DNA from: Asterias rubens
Taxonomy: Eukaryota
Length of the DNA stretch: 64,000 nucleotides
Direction of reading: 5' to 3'
NCBI RefSeq assembly: GCF_902459465.1
Contig: NC_047065.1
Span: 19,034,001-19,098,000 of the forward strand
The notes under the pieces: generated by a model
What the model saw: the letters and a program-made list of their open reading frames with translations, nothing else
The model's database searches: none
What the model was told of the DNA's origin: nothing
Program-made: the position numbers and the translations under genes
Shown here: piece by piece, positions 23,918-37,500 of the stretch
How the letters are laid out: every line of letters begins with the position of its first letter
Numbering within the stretch: position 1 is the first letter of the stretch

Positions 23918-26900
23918 TAATACCTGTGATTTTTTTCACCGAACAATGCTATAACACACATCGGTGTATAATGAGTAAAAACCAAAACTAATTGTAAAAG
24001 AAAATATCAGAACTATTACGCTTGGTGTAGTCCTATACGAAAGTTTAGTGTTGCTATGATTGTATGCATAATGCCGGCATGTATTACTTCATTGATTGTT
24101 TTGAGGGTAGTATTAGTGTTACAACACATAGATTTTGGTTGACAAAATGTGTATCTGAATCCTTATACACTATAAGCCTTATACACAGTGTATGTATGGC
24201 TTTATAAGCTGTGTTTCACGTCGTAATGGGCCAATAATTGTAAATACCAGAGGTTATTTCTTGCTGGATAGTTCAATTCAATCGGACAATGCATCAATGT
24301 GTTGAATGTTCCAGTGCATAAATTATTCTATTGTTTGTAACACCGTAAACACAATGTCCACAGATTTATATAACACCGTAAACACAATGTCCACAGATTT
24401 ACATTAAACTTACACCGCTTGAAATACTATAGGCTAATAAACTCCTCTCATAAAAAAAGTACACAAAATACCATTTGTATAGCCTCTTTCTCAATATCAA
24501 CATGAAAATCTCAATAATATGAGATAATAGTTCAATGGGATTATGACAAACTCCAGCACTAAATATCCCAAACGTTACCGGTCCATCGTTCGTTGAGCGC
24601 CAGACTTCACATTTTTTTCGGTAAGAAGCAATAGTAAAGTGCGCCCTCTTTTTAAGATAGGACTTTGCGGTTACACGTACCAAGCAAAGAGCAGTGACCA
24701 ACGACTGATGCATGCGTGCGTGTGTTTTGATGCGCGAGGTGTGTGTCCTTCAATTTTCATAATTCGGTCGTTGCAAGTTTTTTTGTGGCCGTGTAAAACG
24801 AAGTGGAGGTGGATGTTACTCGAGAAGTGCCGTTAAAAAAGGGAAATTATACGCAGTTTTAGCCATCAGACACATTCACGTGTTCAGTCTATTTGGATGA
24901 ATATATCTCTACGTACTCATCGGTACGAGCAGAAATGGATTTCAGTGTGAAAATAACGCAGGAGAGAGAATGAGAAATCGGCGTTTTGGGAACTTCACTA
25001 ATACGACGGGCACGAGGCATTGTGCTTTCGAGACGGTGATCGCACGCACCACGCACAGGGTATATATACGGGTGGGTTTACAGCGGCGTCTTTTCGGAGC
25101 GAATAATGCGACTGCCGTTAGCAAGGCTTAGTGAAAACAGACAAATATTTCCAAATTAAACAAGTGCAAAAATTGTGCTAACATTGGGGCATTCAGAAAT
25201 TAGGAAAACGTATCTCCCTCATTTGCAATGTTGATTTCATATTTTTGTAATTGTCAAAGATCAGTCTTTTCATACGCACAAAATAATACACCTGTGAAAA
25301 TTTGAACTCAATTGGTCGTCGAAGTTACGAGATAAATAAAAACGCCCTTGTCTCACGAAGTTGTGTGCTTTCAGATGCTTTATTTCGGGACCTCAACATC
25401 TAATTCTGAGGTTTCGGAAACTACGTTACTTCAGAGGGAGCCGTTTCTCACAATGTTTTATACTATCAACAGTCATGCATTGCTTGTTACCAAGTAAGTT
25501 TTTATGCTAACAATTATTTTGAGTAACTACCAATAGTGTCCACTGCCTTTAAGCAACAACAACCAAATAAATATAAACACACTTGTAATTTTTGTTGGTG
25601 TTCATTATTAGTTTTTACACTTCGAAAACGCAGAATTATTGTACACTACCCTAAACTAAAATAATTTATAACTTAAGATAAGGGACCATAAGTAACTGCC
25701 TAAAGGTTCATATAGACAACGACAATCGAACCCGTCTGAGGATAGAACTTAGAAGGGTCGCTTAACGAAACTGAACGAGTAATTGAGGAACATTTGTTTT
25801 CGGTATAAAACAGTGAATTTCACAAAGAGTTGAGACAAGTCTTTTGGGTTATGACGAGTTACTCTCATGACGTCCTAAATTATAGGATTAGCCTTAAGTT
25901 GTTTTTACAACTGGTAGCTAGTCCAAAGTTAGGACTAGTCCTAACTCTTTGAGAACTCAACCCCAGTTTACATTTGAAAATGTCCTCAAAAACTTTCAAT
26001 GCAATACGTTTTTTTTTGGTTCACATCAAAGCAATCATTGGTATTTACAACATAAGACTTATTCCATACAACATATCAGTATTTGAATTTAAAACGTGGG
26101 AAGAAACAAAAGGAAGCAAACATACCTGTAGCTGCCGTCGGGTTGGTTGCAGACCTTATCAAACTATTTCAAACTGTACAACTTGATTCGAATGAAGCAA
26201 ATAGTTGTTCATAAAACGCGAGTCTCATTACAGTAGGCATATAGTGATACCACTTACAGAGCAGTTATGATAGGGCCAAAAGTAAAAACCTTTTCACTTT
26301 TTAACACGCCCACACATACACCGGGCCGACGGACCCGAGCACCGTTTGACACAATGAGTAACTGTTATTCATCCGCCTTTGGGAAAGTTGGCATTTTGTG
26401 TCATAATTTCCAAGAACCAAGAGTTATGAAAGTAAAAGCTGGACAAGTTTTGAGATGTGCCCCCTTTCATCATATCAAAAGTTGATCAGAATTAGACAGT
26501 GCAATCTCCATAACATATAAGATTTCATGTTTTCTTCCATTGAGCTGTGTACAAATCATGCCTGCAGGAAGTCCAGGGTCTGTGGCTCTTGTGTAAACAT
26601 GTGAGGTCACAGGTCACAGCGTCTATTCTTTACCAAGTAATAATGTACTGGTTTTTCCAAGTCACACATATAGTATTTTAATGACAATTTACTTTTCATT
26701 AAATAATTTACTTTTCATTAAATAATTTGTTTAGCCTCACCTTTAAGCTTACATATTTCAAAGACTTTGATGACTACTTTCTACTAATCCCAATGTGTTA
26801 ATGGGGGAAACACAGTGCTCAAAACATGCACAGTATAATAAATAAAAACTTGTTTGTGGTAGTACATTACCGAATGGTTACATCTGAGTATAACTATCTT

Positions 26901-29900
26901 ACAATTTGCCCATGATTGTAATATTTCGTTGTTAGATTTTTGTGGACAATTAAATTCTTCATCTAAAGTCTAAGGCTACCTATACCCCCCCCCCCCCACC
27001 CTTCAAGACGGCATACCTGGTCGTTCTCGGGAATTGACGGGGAAGAGGTTTGGAGGAAGACATACACTCCTTAGGCCTACAACAATTTTTCCAGGGAGAG
27101 ATTGGCCTCAACTAACATTTAAGAAACACAAACAACTTGTATAGGTATCATGTTTTAATGTCCGACGTTTAAAAACTTGTTTTGGTCTCATTCAGTTATT
27201 GGACTATAGCCTATAGGTTCGGGAAAACGCAATACAATGAAATACACAACATAATATGAGTCACGTTTTGTATGGTGTGAAAGTCATTTATACAGAACTT
27301 GCATTTCGCAGCCTTGCCTTATACATCAACAATCTTTTTTCAATTCAATGTTTATTCATTGTACGCCCATGAATAATCCCACAACCACCTAGAGCTTAAA
27401 GGGGGCAGACACTAGGCCTACTTTCAATGATCACACAGGGAATTTTGAAAAAGTATTCGAATTTGGTGGTCACAATCATTTGCAAACTTTTCGGGGGAAA
27501 ACAGTTCATTTTAGTCAGGTAAGTTTAACGTACTTCGATTAGTGAACTAAACGAAAACCAGTGAGATCTTCAATTAGTGTTAATTGTTATGATTTGTAAT
27601 GATTTCTAGTAGACTGCTGGACTTGCGATCACAAGGTTGTGTGTTCAAAACCTAAATCAAGCTAAATTCTGATTTGCCAATGACTTAGTTACTGAATCAC
27701 AATTTATTGATTTGTACATTTCATAATCAGAGACGTTCAACCAATGTTTGTTTGTATAAGTGAGAGATTGGTTGTTGCCAGCTTGGTGTTTATATCCCAA
27801 TTGCGGGCAAAATGTTAGACTTGGTAAATATTACCACAAATGTTGTTATACTGTAAACTTTTCACAAGGCTATTGCCTATTAAAACATAATTCCATCCAC
27901 ATAATTATGTTAGTGGCGCTGGATAAAAAAAAATAAAAGAAAACTTTGCAATATTGTCTGCTATTTTTTTTTCATATAAAATCTGTAGTTCCTTTTTTGC
28001 CCCAACGGCCGCCCGTAGTACACAGCCATTGCGACATATCGGGGAATTCCCGCGGATGAGAAATCAACAATTGTTTGTGTGTCAATTAAGCGGCATACAA
28101 AACCGGTTCTTTAAAGGCACAGGGGTGTTTTTTTTTTGTCTGGGGGAGTAATCAGTTTTTGTAACCCTGATCCGGTGGATATATGACAGAAATCAAAAGT
28201 GAACTGCCTTATCGAATGTGTTGATCCTAGTGGCTGATCCTAGTCTGTGACTTTCACATCGAAGGCCGTACTCTTGGAAGTATAGATCGAATTACACGGT
28301 GTTTGTAGGTAAGATGAGTATGCAAGAACTCATGTATCATGTACGTCAACATGATACCGGACTGCATATTGGATCGTTGCACTCGAAATTACCACTGCCG
28401 TAGTGCTTTTCAATGGGGTAGTAATGTTAAGGAAACAAAGTTAAACAGCTACCTGAGCGGAATGTTTTAAACGGAAATGGTATTTTAACTTGTTTATAAT
28501 GCACTTGTTCACCATTTTATTGTAATTTTGATATGTGTACACTTCTGAACTTCAAGCACAAATTGTGAGGAGCAAATCTAAACTGCTAAAAAAAATGCGG
28601 ACGGAATGGCGTCCAGAAACAATGTGACAAAATAAAAACTGCTGGTCCCTTCATGTCGCAACTCGCTCATTACACATGCTCTTGTACAATTATTCGAATC
28701 ATTTAGTTTAATACACATCTAATCTAATCATGGTACCTGCCTTGATATTTGTTAATATAATTAGATTTAGAGTAGGCTATACAAACTCATTATCATAATT
28801 ACCATCCATCGACAGAGCGGTTAGCTTCCAAGGCATTCTGGTTTATCCACCAAAGATACAGTCAATGCCAAGTCTTATAATAGAGGCAGTGGACACTATC
28901 GGTATAATTACTCAAAATAATTATAAGCATAAAACCTTACTTGGTAATGTTAGCAAGTAATGGGGAGAGGTTGATAGTATAAAACATTGTGAGAAACGGC
29001 TTCCTCTGAAGTTACGTAGTTTTAGAGAAAGAAGTAATTTTCCATAAATTTGATTTTGAGACCTCAAATTTAGAACTTGAGGTCTCAAAATCAAGCATCT
29101 GAAATATTATCTCGCAACTTTGACGACCGATTATATTGAGCTCAAATTTTCACAGGTTTGGTATTTTATGCATATGTTGAGATACACCAAGTAAGAAGAT
29201 ATTGAAAATTACCAATAGTGTCCAGTGTCCTTGAACTAATTCAACAGTAAACGAACAGTATCACAAATAATATTTTGTAATAACGAGTTTGTTGACGTAC
29301 TTGATTTGGGATGGCAATGCTAACTTGCAAGACATTACATGGTTTTTAAATTTTATATACTTTAAACTCCCAGTTAAGAATTAAACCGGATTACGGATCT
29401 AAAGGGATCTGACCAATTTCTGGGTCAGGCTAGCCTTGTCCAAGACTATTATTACCACTGCTACGAATTCAAGGCAGTGGACACTATTGGTAATTACTCA
29501 AAATAATTATTATCATAAAACCTTACTTGGTAACGAGTTATCGGGAGAGGTTGGTAGTATAAAACATTGTGAGAAACGGCTCCCTTTGAAGTGGAGTAGT
29601 TTTAGAAAAAGAAGTAAACTTCCACGAATTTGATTTCGAGACCTCAGATTTAGAATTTGAGATATCTAAACCAACCATCTAAGAGTACATAACTTCGTGT
29701 GACATGGGTGTTTTTTCTTTTATTTTTACTTCGCAACTTCGACGACCAATTGAGTTAAAATGTTCACAGGTTTGTTATTTTATGCCTATGTTTTGATACA
29801 CCAAGTGAGAAGATATTGAAAAGTACCAATAGTGTCCAGTTTCTTTAAACTGAGATGAACTAATTCGTTCTTTAAGAAGGCAACATTAAACGAACATATC

Positions 29901-31339
29901 ACAAATAATGTTTTGTTATAACGAGTTTGTTCACGTACTTAATTTGGGATGACAATGCTAACTGCAAGACATTACATGGTTTCTTAAATTGATATACTTT
30001 AAACTCCCAGTTGAGAATTGATACCGGATTACGGATCTAAAGGGATCTGACCAATTTCTGGTCAGGCTTACCCGGAAAGTGGTTACCAAATAATAATACT
30101 TTAACTACGGTAGTGCGTAAACACGCTTACTTTCCCATTAAAAGACACTGGACACTACTATTAATATTTGTCAAATTACCAAGCTCAATCGGTCATGAGT
30201 GGGAAGATAATAATGAAAGAAAAAACACCCCTTTTACACGAAGTTGCGTGCTTTCAGATGCTTGATTTTGATACCTCAAATTCTAAATCTGAGGTCTCGA
30301 AATCACATTCGTGGAAATTTACTTCTTTTTCGAAAACTACTCCACTTCAAATGGAGCCGTTTCTCACAATGTTTTTTATACTTCCAACCTCTCCCCATTA
30401 CTCGTTACAAAGTAAAGTTTTGTGCTAATAATCATTTTGAGTAATTACCTTTTTTAGATCAATAATTGTGGCCCGTTATTATAAGCCTTGTATTTTTATA
30501 GCGCATTTACAATAACTGTATCAAATGTTTGTTTACACTGCAACCATAATTTGCACACAGAAAATGTGAAATGTAGCTTTTGCATTTTTTCTTTATCGGG
30601 TTAATGTAAACTCCCCGATGAGAAATCGACAATGAGTTCTAAAGGTTGGGGTCAAAAGTTCAAAGCAATCAACTCAGAACTTCATATTACACATGCGCAA
30701 GTAGCAGCGGGTGGGTTTTGAGTGGGGTCGGAGTACAGCAATCAGTTTTTTGTGATATGAGTTTTAATTCCCTAAACTTGGAATCTGGGAAGAGATGCTG
30801 TCAGTTAAACGCTTCTCAGATTACGTATTCCTATTAGAGAATATTCCTTCTGCGGACGAAACAAAATCGCTCCGGATTTTCAGCGATATCTCAAAAACAC
30901 GACCACCTTTTGAAACAGTGTTCCCACGTACATGTACATTTGTAAAGGATAAAAACAAGGTTCCAAAACAAAAGGTATAATTTGCCTTAAAGGATTTGGA
31001 TACTTTTTCAAAATGTCCACAGATTTACATTCAACAGAAATGAGTAAAACAATGTCATGAAAATACGTTTTTACATGCTTAAAATAATTTTCGTCTCATG
31101 ATCACTGAGACGAAAATTATTTTCATGACATCGTTTTACTCATTTCCCCAAAACTACAGCACCTCAGCACGAAATATTTTCAGTGATGCTTTCTACTATC
31201 ATCATCTTCAAACTGTGTAAGTTTGGTGTAAATCTGTGGACATTGTGTTTTTTGCCCTACAAAAAGTACAAAAACCCTTTAATGCAAATTAGCTCCTAGT
31301 GGATGATACCCATGCCTACATCCTTGTATTGAATGTGAA

Positions 31340-31350
31340 GGGGATTCCCC
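31340..31350. promoter_or_regulatory. kB-type site GGGGATTCCCC inside a B-specific 102-bp segment (31322-31423)
   Basis: Exact 11-bp match to a classical p50-type kB site. The segment is absent in A (14119/14120) and C. Confidence 0.4.
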
Positions 31351-31579
31351 TGTTTCAGCCCCATAAGTAGATGGAAGAACCTTGAAGTGGCCTTGTGAGG
31401 TTAGGTAAACTCTAATAAAAAATAAAATGTATCAGCCTCAATGTTGTCATTTCCCTATGCTACTCAAGCCGATAAAATGTCGGCCAAGGAGCAGTTACAG
31501 TTAAGTATGAATTTCCTTTTTGTCCACAAACGGTGAGAGTACAAGTATTGACTTCACTCGAAATGTTTTTTTTCTAGCT

Positions 31580-34500
31580 ATGGATCGCAACGCAGATTCA
31601 GATGAATATACTGGCCAACAAGAGCAACAGTCGGGTACCCGACCCAATCCTCATTTGCTCCGCATAACAGGTCCAGAAACACGACATGAACGATCCTGGA
31701 GGGTTGACGGAGCGTCACGAGGTGTTGTTGGCGGACAGTCAAACGGGAATAACTTAACATGGACTCGATCAAGTAATCACAGCGCCGCTCCGGCTGCTGG
31801 CTCCTGGAGGAACATCAACAGGGAAGCAAGTGGAGGTGCTCGGCCCAAGGATAGCAATACGTCTTGGAGGAGAAACAATTTAGAGAAAGAAGGAGACTCA
31901 AAGACTCAAATAGAACGTCAGGAAACGTCAAACTGGCGACGTGGTAGAGCAGAGCGTCAGGGAGAAGGGACAACGGAACAGCCAAGGGACACTTCTACGA
32001 TCAGTTGTGACTTCTTCAGACGGCCAGGTAAACCGATGAACAGCAGGTAAGTTCATAATAGAACCATTTATCAACCTAGACATTTATTTTTAGTATCGCA
32101 CACAAAATAATACTCCGTTATCAAAGAAATACATTTCAAGCGAGCAAACGTTTGAAAGAAATGTTGTATATTTTCGACAATTAGCTGAAAGTGCTATATT
32201 AACATTACTATTTTACCATTCAAATACTAGGGCAGAGCGTCAGGGAGAAGGGACAACGGAACAGCCAAGGGACACTGCTACGATCAGTCGTTACTTCTTT
32301 AGACGGCCAGGTAAACCGAGCAGCAATGGGTAAGTTAATAGTTAAGATGAGGGTTTACGTTTGGTAGTCACTCTTGATTTTTAAAGGAACATTACATAAT
32401 TGTTTTTTTGCTAACAAAACAGTTGCTGGCAGTGTAAGCACTTTAGGTAATCCATCATGCAACAATTGACAAATAATCTCCATGTAAGGACATAAATGGT
32501 TCGGATGTGACAATATCATAAACAAAAGTCGACAATTCTTTTTAAAATAAAAACTCGCAAATTAATTTGATTCTGTAAAATTACAGTTATATAGGATTAA
32601 AACAAACAAACGGTTCAAAAACTGAAGTTCACTTTGCCTTTGACTATTAATTGAATACGGCAACATGGGATAAATATGTTTTGCACACTAAAATGTTCTT
32701 CTATCAAACAAATGAATTTTATGCAAGCAAAGTTACGTTTGTCACAAAATAAGTTGTATCATGAATGGAAAATCAACTAATATTTAACAAAATCATGTAT
32801 TTTAGGTTTATTATTCAACACAAAATTAAACGACAGTGTAATCGTTAAAGAACCAATACTGGTCAAGAAAAAAAAAACTAACACAGTAATTTAAACTATC
32901 AATTTTAAAATGTCACAAAAAAAGTTTATTGAAAAACAAATCCGTTATCACAAACAAGTTTGGTAATTCATCCTTACTTCAGAGTATGTACTCAGCAAAC
33001 TGAACGAATTGCCTTCATTGATTTGCCATTGTAAACGGGTTGCATTTTTCAAAAGCCGAACATTTTAAACCAAACAACATCTTCAAAAAACAAATCCAAA
33101 ATGCTGAGAATGTTTTACTGTTTAAATTTCAGGGGGTCAACAACCTCGAGCCCAACCAGTCCTCCAACCCCTGTAGAAGAAACTAAATGGCGTCGAGGAC
33201 AGAGCGACGTTTGTTCGAGATCAGGGAGATACACAGGTCAAGTTCAAGTACAGCAGACTCCCAAGACGCCCTCAATGTCAGAGGAAGAACTCAAGACACT
33301 GCTGACGGCCAGTCCACAAGAAGTTCTCTCCAAGCTTCTGAGCAGAAAACACGAATGGTTGGCACTTTTAAATCTAGACTCATTCAATGATAATGTAATG
33401 ACGTTAATACTTGGTGTTTTGTCGTGTATTTGTGATTTAAATGTAGATCCAAAAGTAAAGCAGGATATTCATATGGTATTCAGTATGATAGAGTCTGAAG
33501 GGTTTCTCAGTAAACATTTGACGAGATACTTAGTAGGTTTGTCCACACAACAGCCGCATGATGATCAAGAAAGAGATAGTGAAACCCTTGCAAACAGTAT
33601 CAAAATGATTTTGAAATTTCTGCAAGTTTTCCTTGAACACAAGCCAGAAATTTATGGTGAAATGGGCGTGGTTCTGATTCTTCTCGAGAAGGCTGTTTCC
33701 CTGACAGTGGTAGAATCTTGTACTGACATCAATCATAAAGGTCATAGTTACATGATCCAGGTACAGCAGTTGAAAGAATGCTATCATGCACTGGACGAGT
33801 CTCATCAGATAAAACAACACGTTAAGGCACGGCAGCCACCAAACAACTTCAGAGAGATTCCAATCATCCCCGACAGTTTAGAGATTCAGAAACCAACAAA
33901 GCCATTCTTACGAAAGAACATCTTAAAGGGAAGGTATCAAGACGTCGAGCATTATCTTGATGTGCAGTTCAGGTTGTTGAGGGAGGACTTTGTCGCACCG
34001 TTACGGGAAGGTATCGCAGAGTTTCTCTCTAAAGTAAACAATCATCATCAAGACATTCGGGTGTATCGCAAAGTCTCCGTTCAAGGTCAGAAGATTGGGA
34101 AAAGAGGTCAGTTCACCCTGGAGTTTGATGTCAAAGGTCTCAACCGTATCAACTGGCAAACCAGCAAGCGTCTGATATATGGTTCATTCGTCTGTCTCAC
34201 GCAGGACAATTTCAAGAGCATTTTATGTGCGTCTGTGGCAGATCGGAACACGAAGGACTTGGAAAAAGGTCTGGTTGATGTTTGTTTTCTTACCGAGTCT
34301 AGTAGAACGCCTACAGGTACCTTTGTCATGGTCGAATCTGCAGCTTATTTTGAAGCCTATCGACACGTCTTACTAGGGCTACAACGAATGAATAGCGACA
34401 ATTTCCCTTTTGAAAGGTACATTGTGAATGTTTCATGTAATGTTAGAACACCCAAGTATCTGAGCGAAGACTGCTCTGATGTGTATGACCTACGACCATT

Positions 34501-37500
34501 GGTTGTTGCAACTGATCAGGTCTTTGAAGATGAGGGTCTGACTGAAACCTTCGTAAATGCAGCCTGTGTGTCAATTTTAGATCCACAAAGTTGGCCGACT
34601 GCAGAGGCCTTACATCTTGATGAGTCACAGAAGGCAGCTGTGCAGGCAGCGTTGACGAAGGAGTTTGCCATCATCCAAGGTCCACCAGGAACGGGGAAGA
34701 CTTACATTGGTCTCAAGATCATCGAAATACTTCTGTGCAATACACCTACAACTCCAGACGCGTCTCCAATTCTTGTGGTGTGCTACACAAACCATGCCCT
34801 GGATCAGTTTCTGGAGGGAATTCTAAACTTTGGTGAGGAGAATCTGGTTCGTGTTGGAAGCCGAAGCAAAAGTGAAGTGCTTGAGTCTCGAAATCTGTCC
34901 TATCTAAAACGACATCTATATCGCCTGTCTAAGAACATGCAGCAAAGGGAAGTACTTAAAGAAACCGAAGCGAGTTTACACGAAACAAAATCAGCAATTC
35001 ATTGTACACTTCTAAAAGTGGCTTTTGCTAAAACGATCATAATTCAAGTCGAGAAGCTAAACAATGTCATGAGCAACATACATCAACAAAGTTTTCAAAA
35101 GAATAAGAAGAGACCTGAGGATCCAACAACAAACCTTCTGAACTGGCTAAATGTGGTTGATATCGATCATGAAAGTGATAGCTCCGATATGTCGAATTCA
35201 AATGAAGAAAAAGATGAATTTATTGACGTAGAGGATGAAAGTGCACGGATACAACATGAACGCCGAATCGATGATGAAGATGACTCGAGAGTTTCCGAAG
35301 AACAGCGAAAGCAAAATGAGCTTTCCGTATTGAGACAAAATGCAGCATACAGCACTGAATGTAAGAAACGCTGTGGTTCAAATTTGGAGTCCACCCCGAA
35401 AGAAGAACTTAAGAAGGGCGACATGATGTCCGATAGAGAAGCTTCTAGTGTCACAAATGTATGGAGTCTGACGTTAAGCGATCGTTGGCGGCTTTACAGA
35501 CTCTGGGTTAAGAAGTACATTGAAGAGCAGGAGGAGATGCTGACGGGTTACCGCATAAGTTATGACAGCCTTTCAAAGGAAATTCAAGCTGTGAAAAACA
35601 ACGTAGATTTTGAAGTTCTCTCAAAAGCAAGAGTGATTGGAATGACGACAACAGGTGCGGCCAGATGTCAGTCGGTTCTGCAGCTTCTTGGTCCTCGTAT
35701 TGTGATAGTGGAAGAGGCTGCTGAAGTTCTTGAAGCTCATATCATCACCGCCCTGGCTGCAAAATGTCAGCATCTTATTCTGATTGGAGATCATCAGCAG
35801 CTGAAGCCAAACCCAACAGTCTATCGCCTGGCTAAGGTCTTTAATATGGATACCTCCTTGTTTGAACGGATGATCAACAATGGCGTGCCTTGTCAAACAT
35901 TGAACCACCAGCATCGTATGCGTCCTGAAATCTCAAAACTCATGAAGAAACATTTTTATAAAAATCTTCACGACGATGAGTCTGTGATGGATTTCGATGA
36001 CATCAAAGGAGTAGCACATAACATGTTTTTCATTGATCACAATCAGTTTGAAGATGAGGGTGATGACAACAAAACCAAGTCCAATCAGCATGAAGCGGAG
36101 GTCCTTGTCGAGTTGTGTAGGTACTTGTTACATCAAGGATATCAGCCCAAACAGATTACCATTCTAACCACCTACTTGGGTCAACTCTTCACCTTTAAGA
36201 AACTTATGGATAAAGGGACCTTCGAGGGAGTTCGGGTGTCTGTGGTTGACAATTTCCAGGGAGAAGAAAATGACATTATAATTTTGTCTTTGGTTCGAAG
36301 CAACGAAGAGGGCTCCATCGGGTTCCTGAAGACTTCAAATCGTGTTTGTGTTGCTTTGTCTAGAGCTCGCATGGGTTTCTACTGTATTGGCAACGCCAAC
36401 ATCCTGAGAAAGTCTTCTATCTGGAGTAGCATACTAAGAACCCTTGAAGATGAGAAGAAAATTAGCTCCTCGCTTGCATTGGTTTGTCAAAACCATTTAG
36501 TAGTAACAGCGGTAGCGTCGGCCAGAGATTTCAAGGAGAAGGTTCAAGACGGAGGTTGTGGCGAGCCATGTGGGTACAGGCTTCCATGTAATCACATATG
36601 CAAATTACACTGCCATCCCTTTGATCAAAACCATATAGTTTACAAGTGTCAAGAGCCCTGCTCAAAGTTATGTAGAAGAGAGGAACACACGTGTCCGCTG
36701 AAATGCTATGAGGAATGCACACCATGTTCGACAAACGTACACAAACTGATGCCAAAGTGTGGTCATGTTATTCAGGTTGAATGTGAGATGTTTGATTCAG
36801 TTACTTGTACCGAACCATGTCCTAGATCACTGCCATGTGGGCATCCATGTAGGAAGGCGTGCGGAGATTCGTGTCCTACTTGTTGTATTGTCGAGGTTTC
36901 TAAATCGATGCCAGAGTGTGGTCATGTTATCCAGGTTCAATGTCGTTGGTATGAGTCAATCACTTGTACAGAACCATGTCCTAGGTCACTGTTATGTGGA
37001 CATCCATGTGGAAAGAAGTGTGGTGATGTATGCACTAGTCAGTGTACCGTCAAGGTTTCTAAACACGTTACAAAGTGTGGCCATGACGTCGTGATGGAAT
37101 GTATCAAGAACCCCGACTTAACGCCCTGTACTCATCTATGTGACAAGTTGTTGGTATGTGGCCATCGTTGCCCCAAAAAGTGCAGCGAGTCATGTCCAGA
37201 GGAAAGATTAGATGACGACAAGATGATGAAGCATTTAAGGATCCATTTAAATTTCAAATCCTTTTGCAAAGAGAAGTGTGAGCGGCCATTGCCTTGCGGC
37301 CATCCCTGTCCTAATAAATGTGGCGAACCGTGCCCAAAGGAAACAGTGGACCCAACCTATGGTGAATACATGAAGCTTTACAAAAAAGTTCATGGTTATA
37401 TTATTGTTGCCGGCAAACTGTTTATGGTGTGTACCCAAATCACGAATAAAAAGCTTCCTGGGTGTGATCATACAGTAGCAGTGCCTTGTCATGCTGATAT

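Larger units (their letters stand above)
1707..25045 (+). repeat. Segmental tandem unit A (ZNFX1 locus unit, includes ISL2EU insertion)
   Basis: Colinear with 25046-50401 and 50402-64000 from the shared anchor gcaccacgcacag. About 17.6 kb after removing the transposon. Confidence 0.9.
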
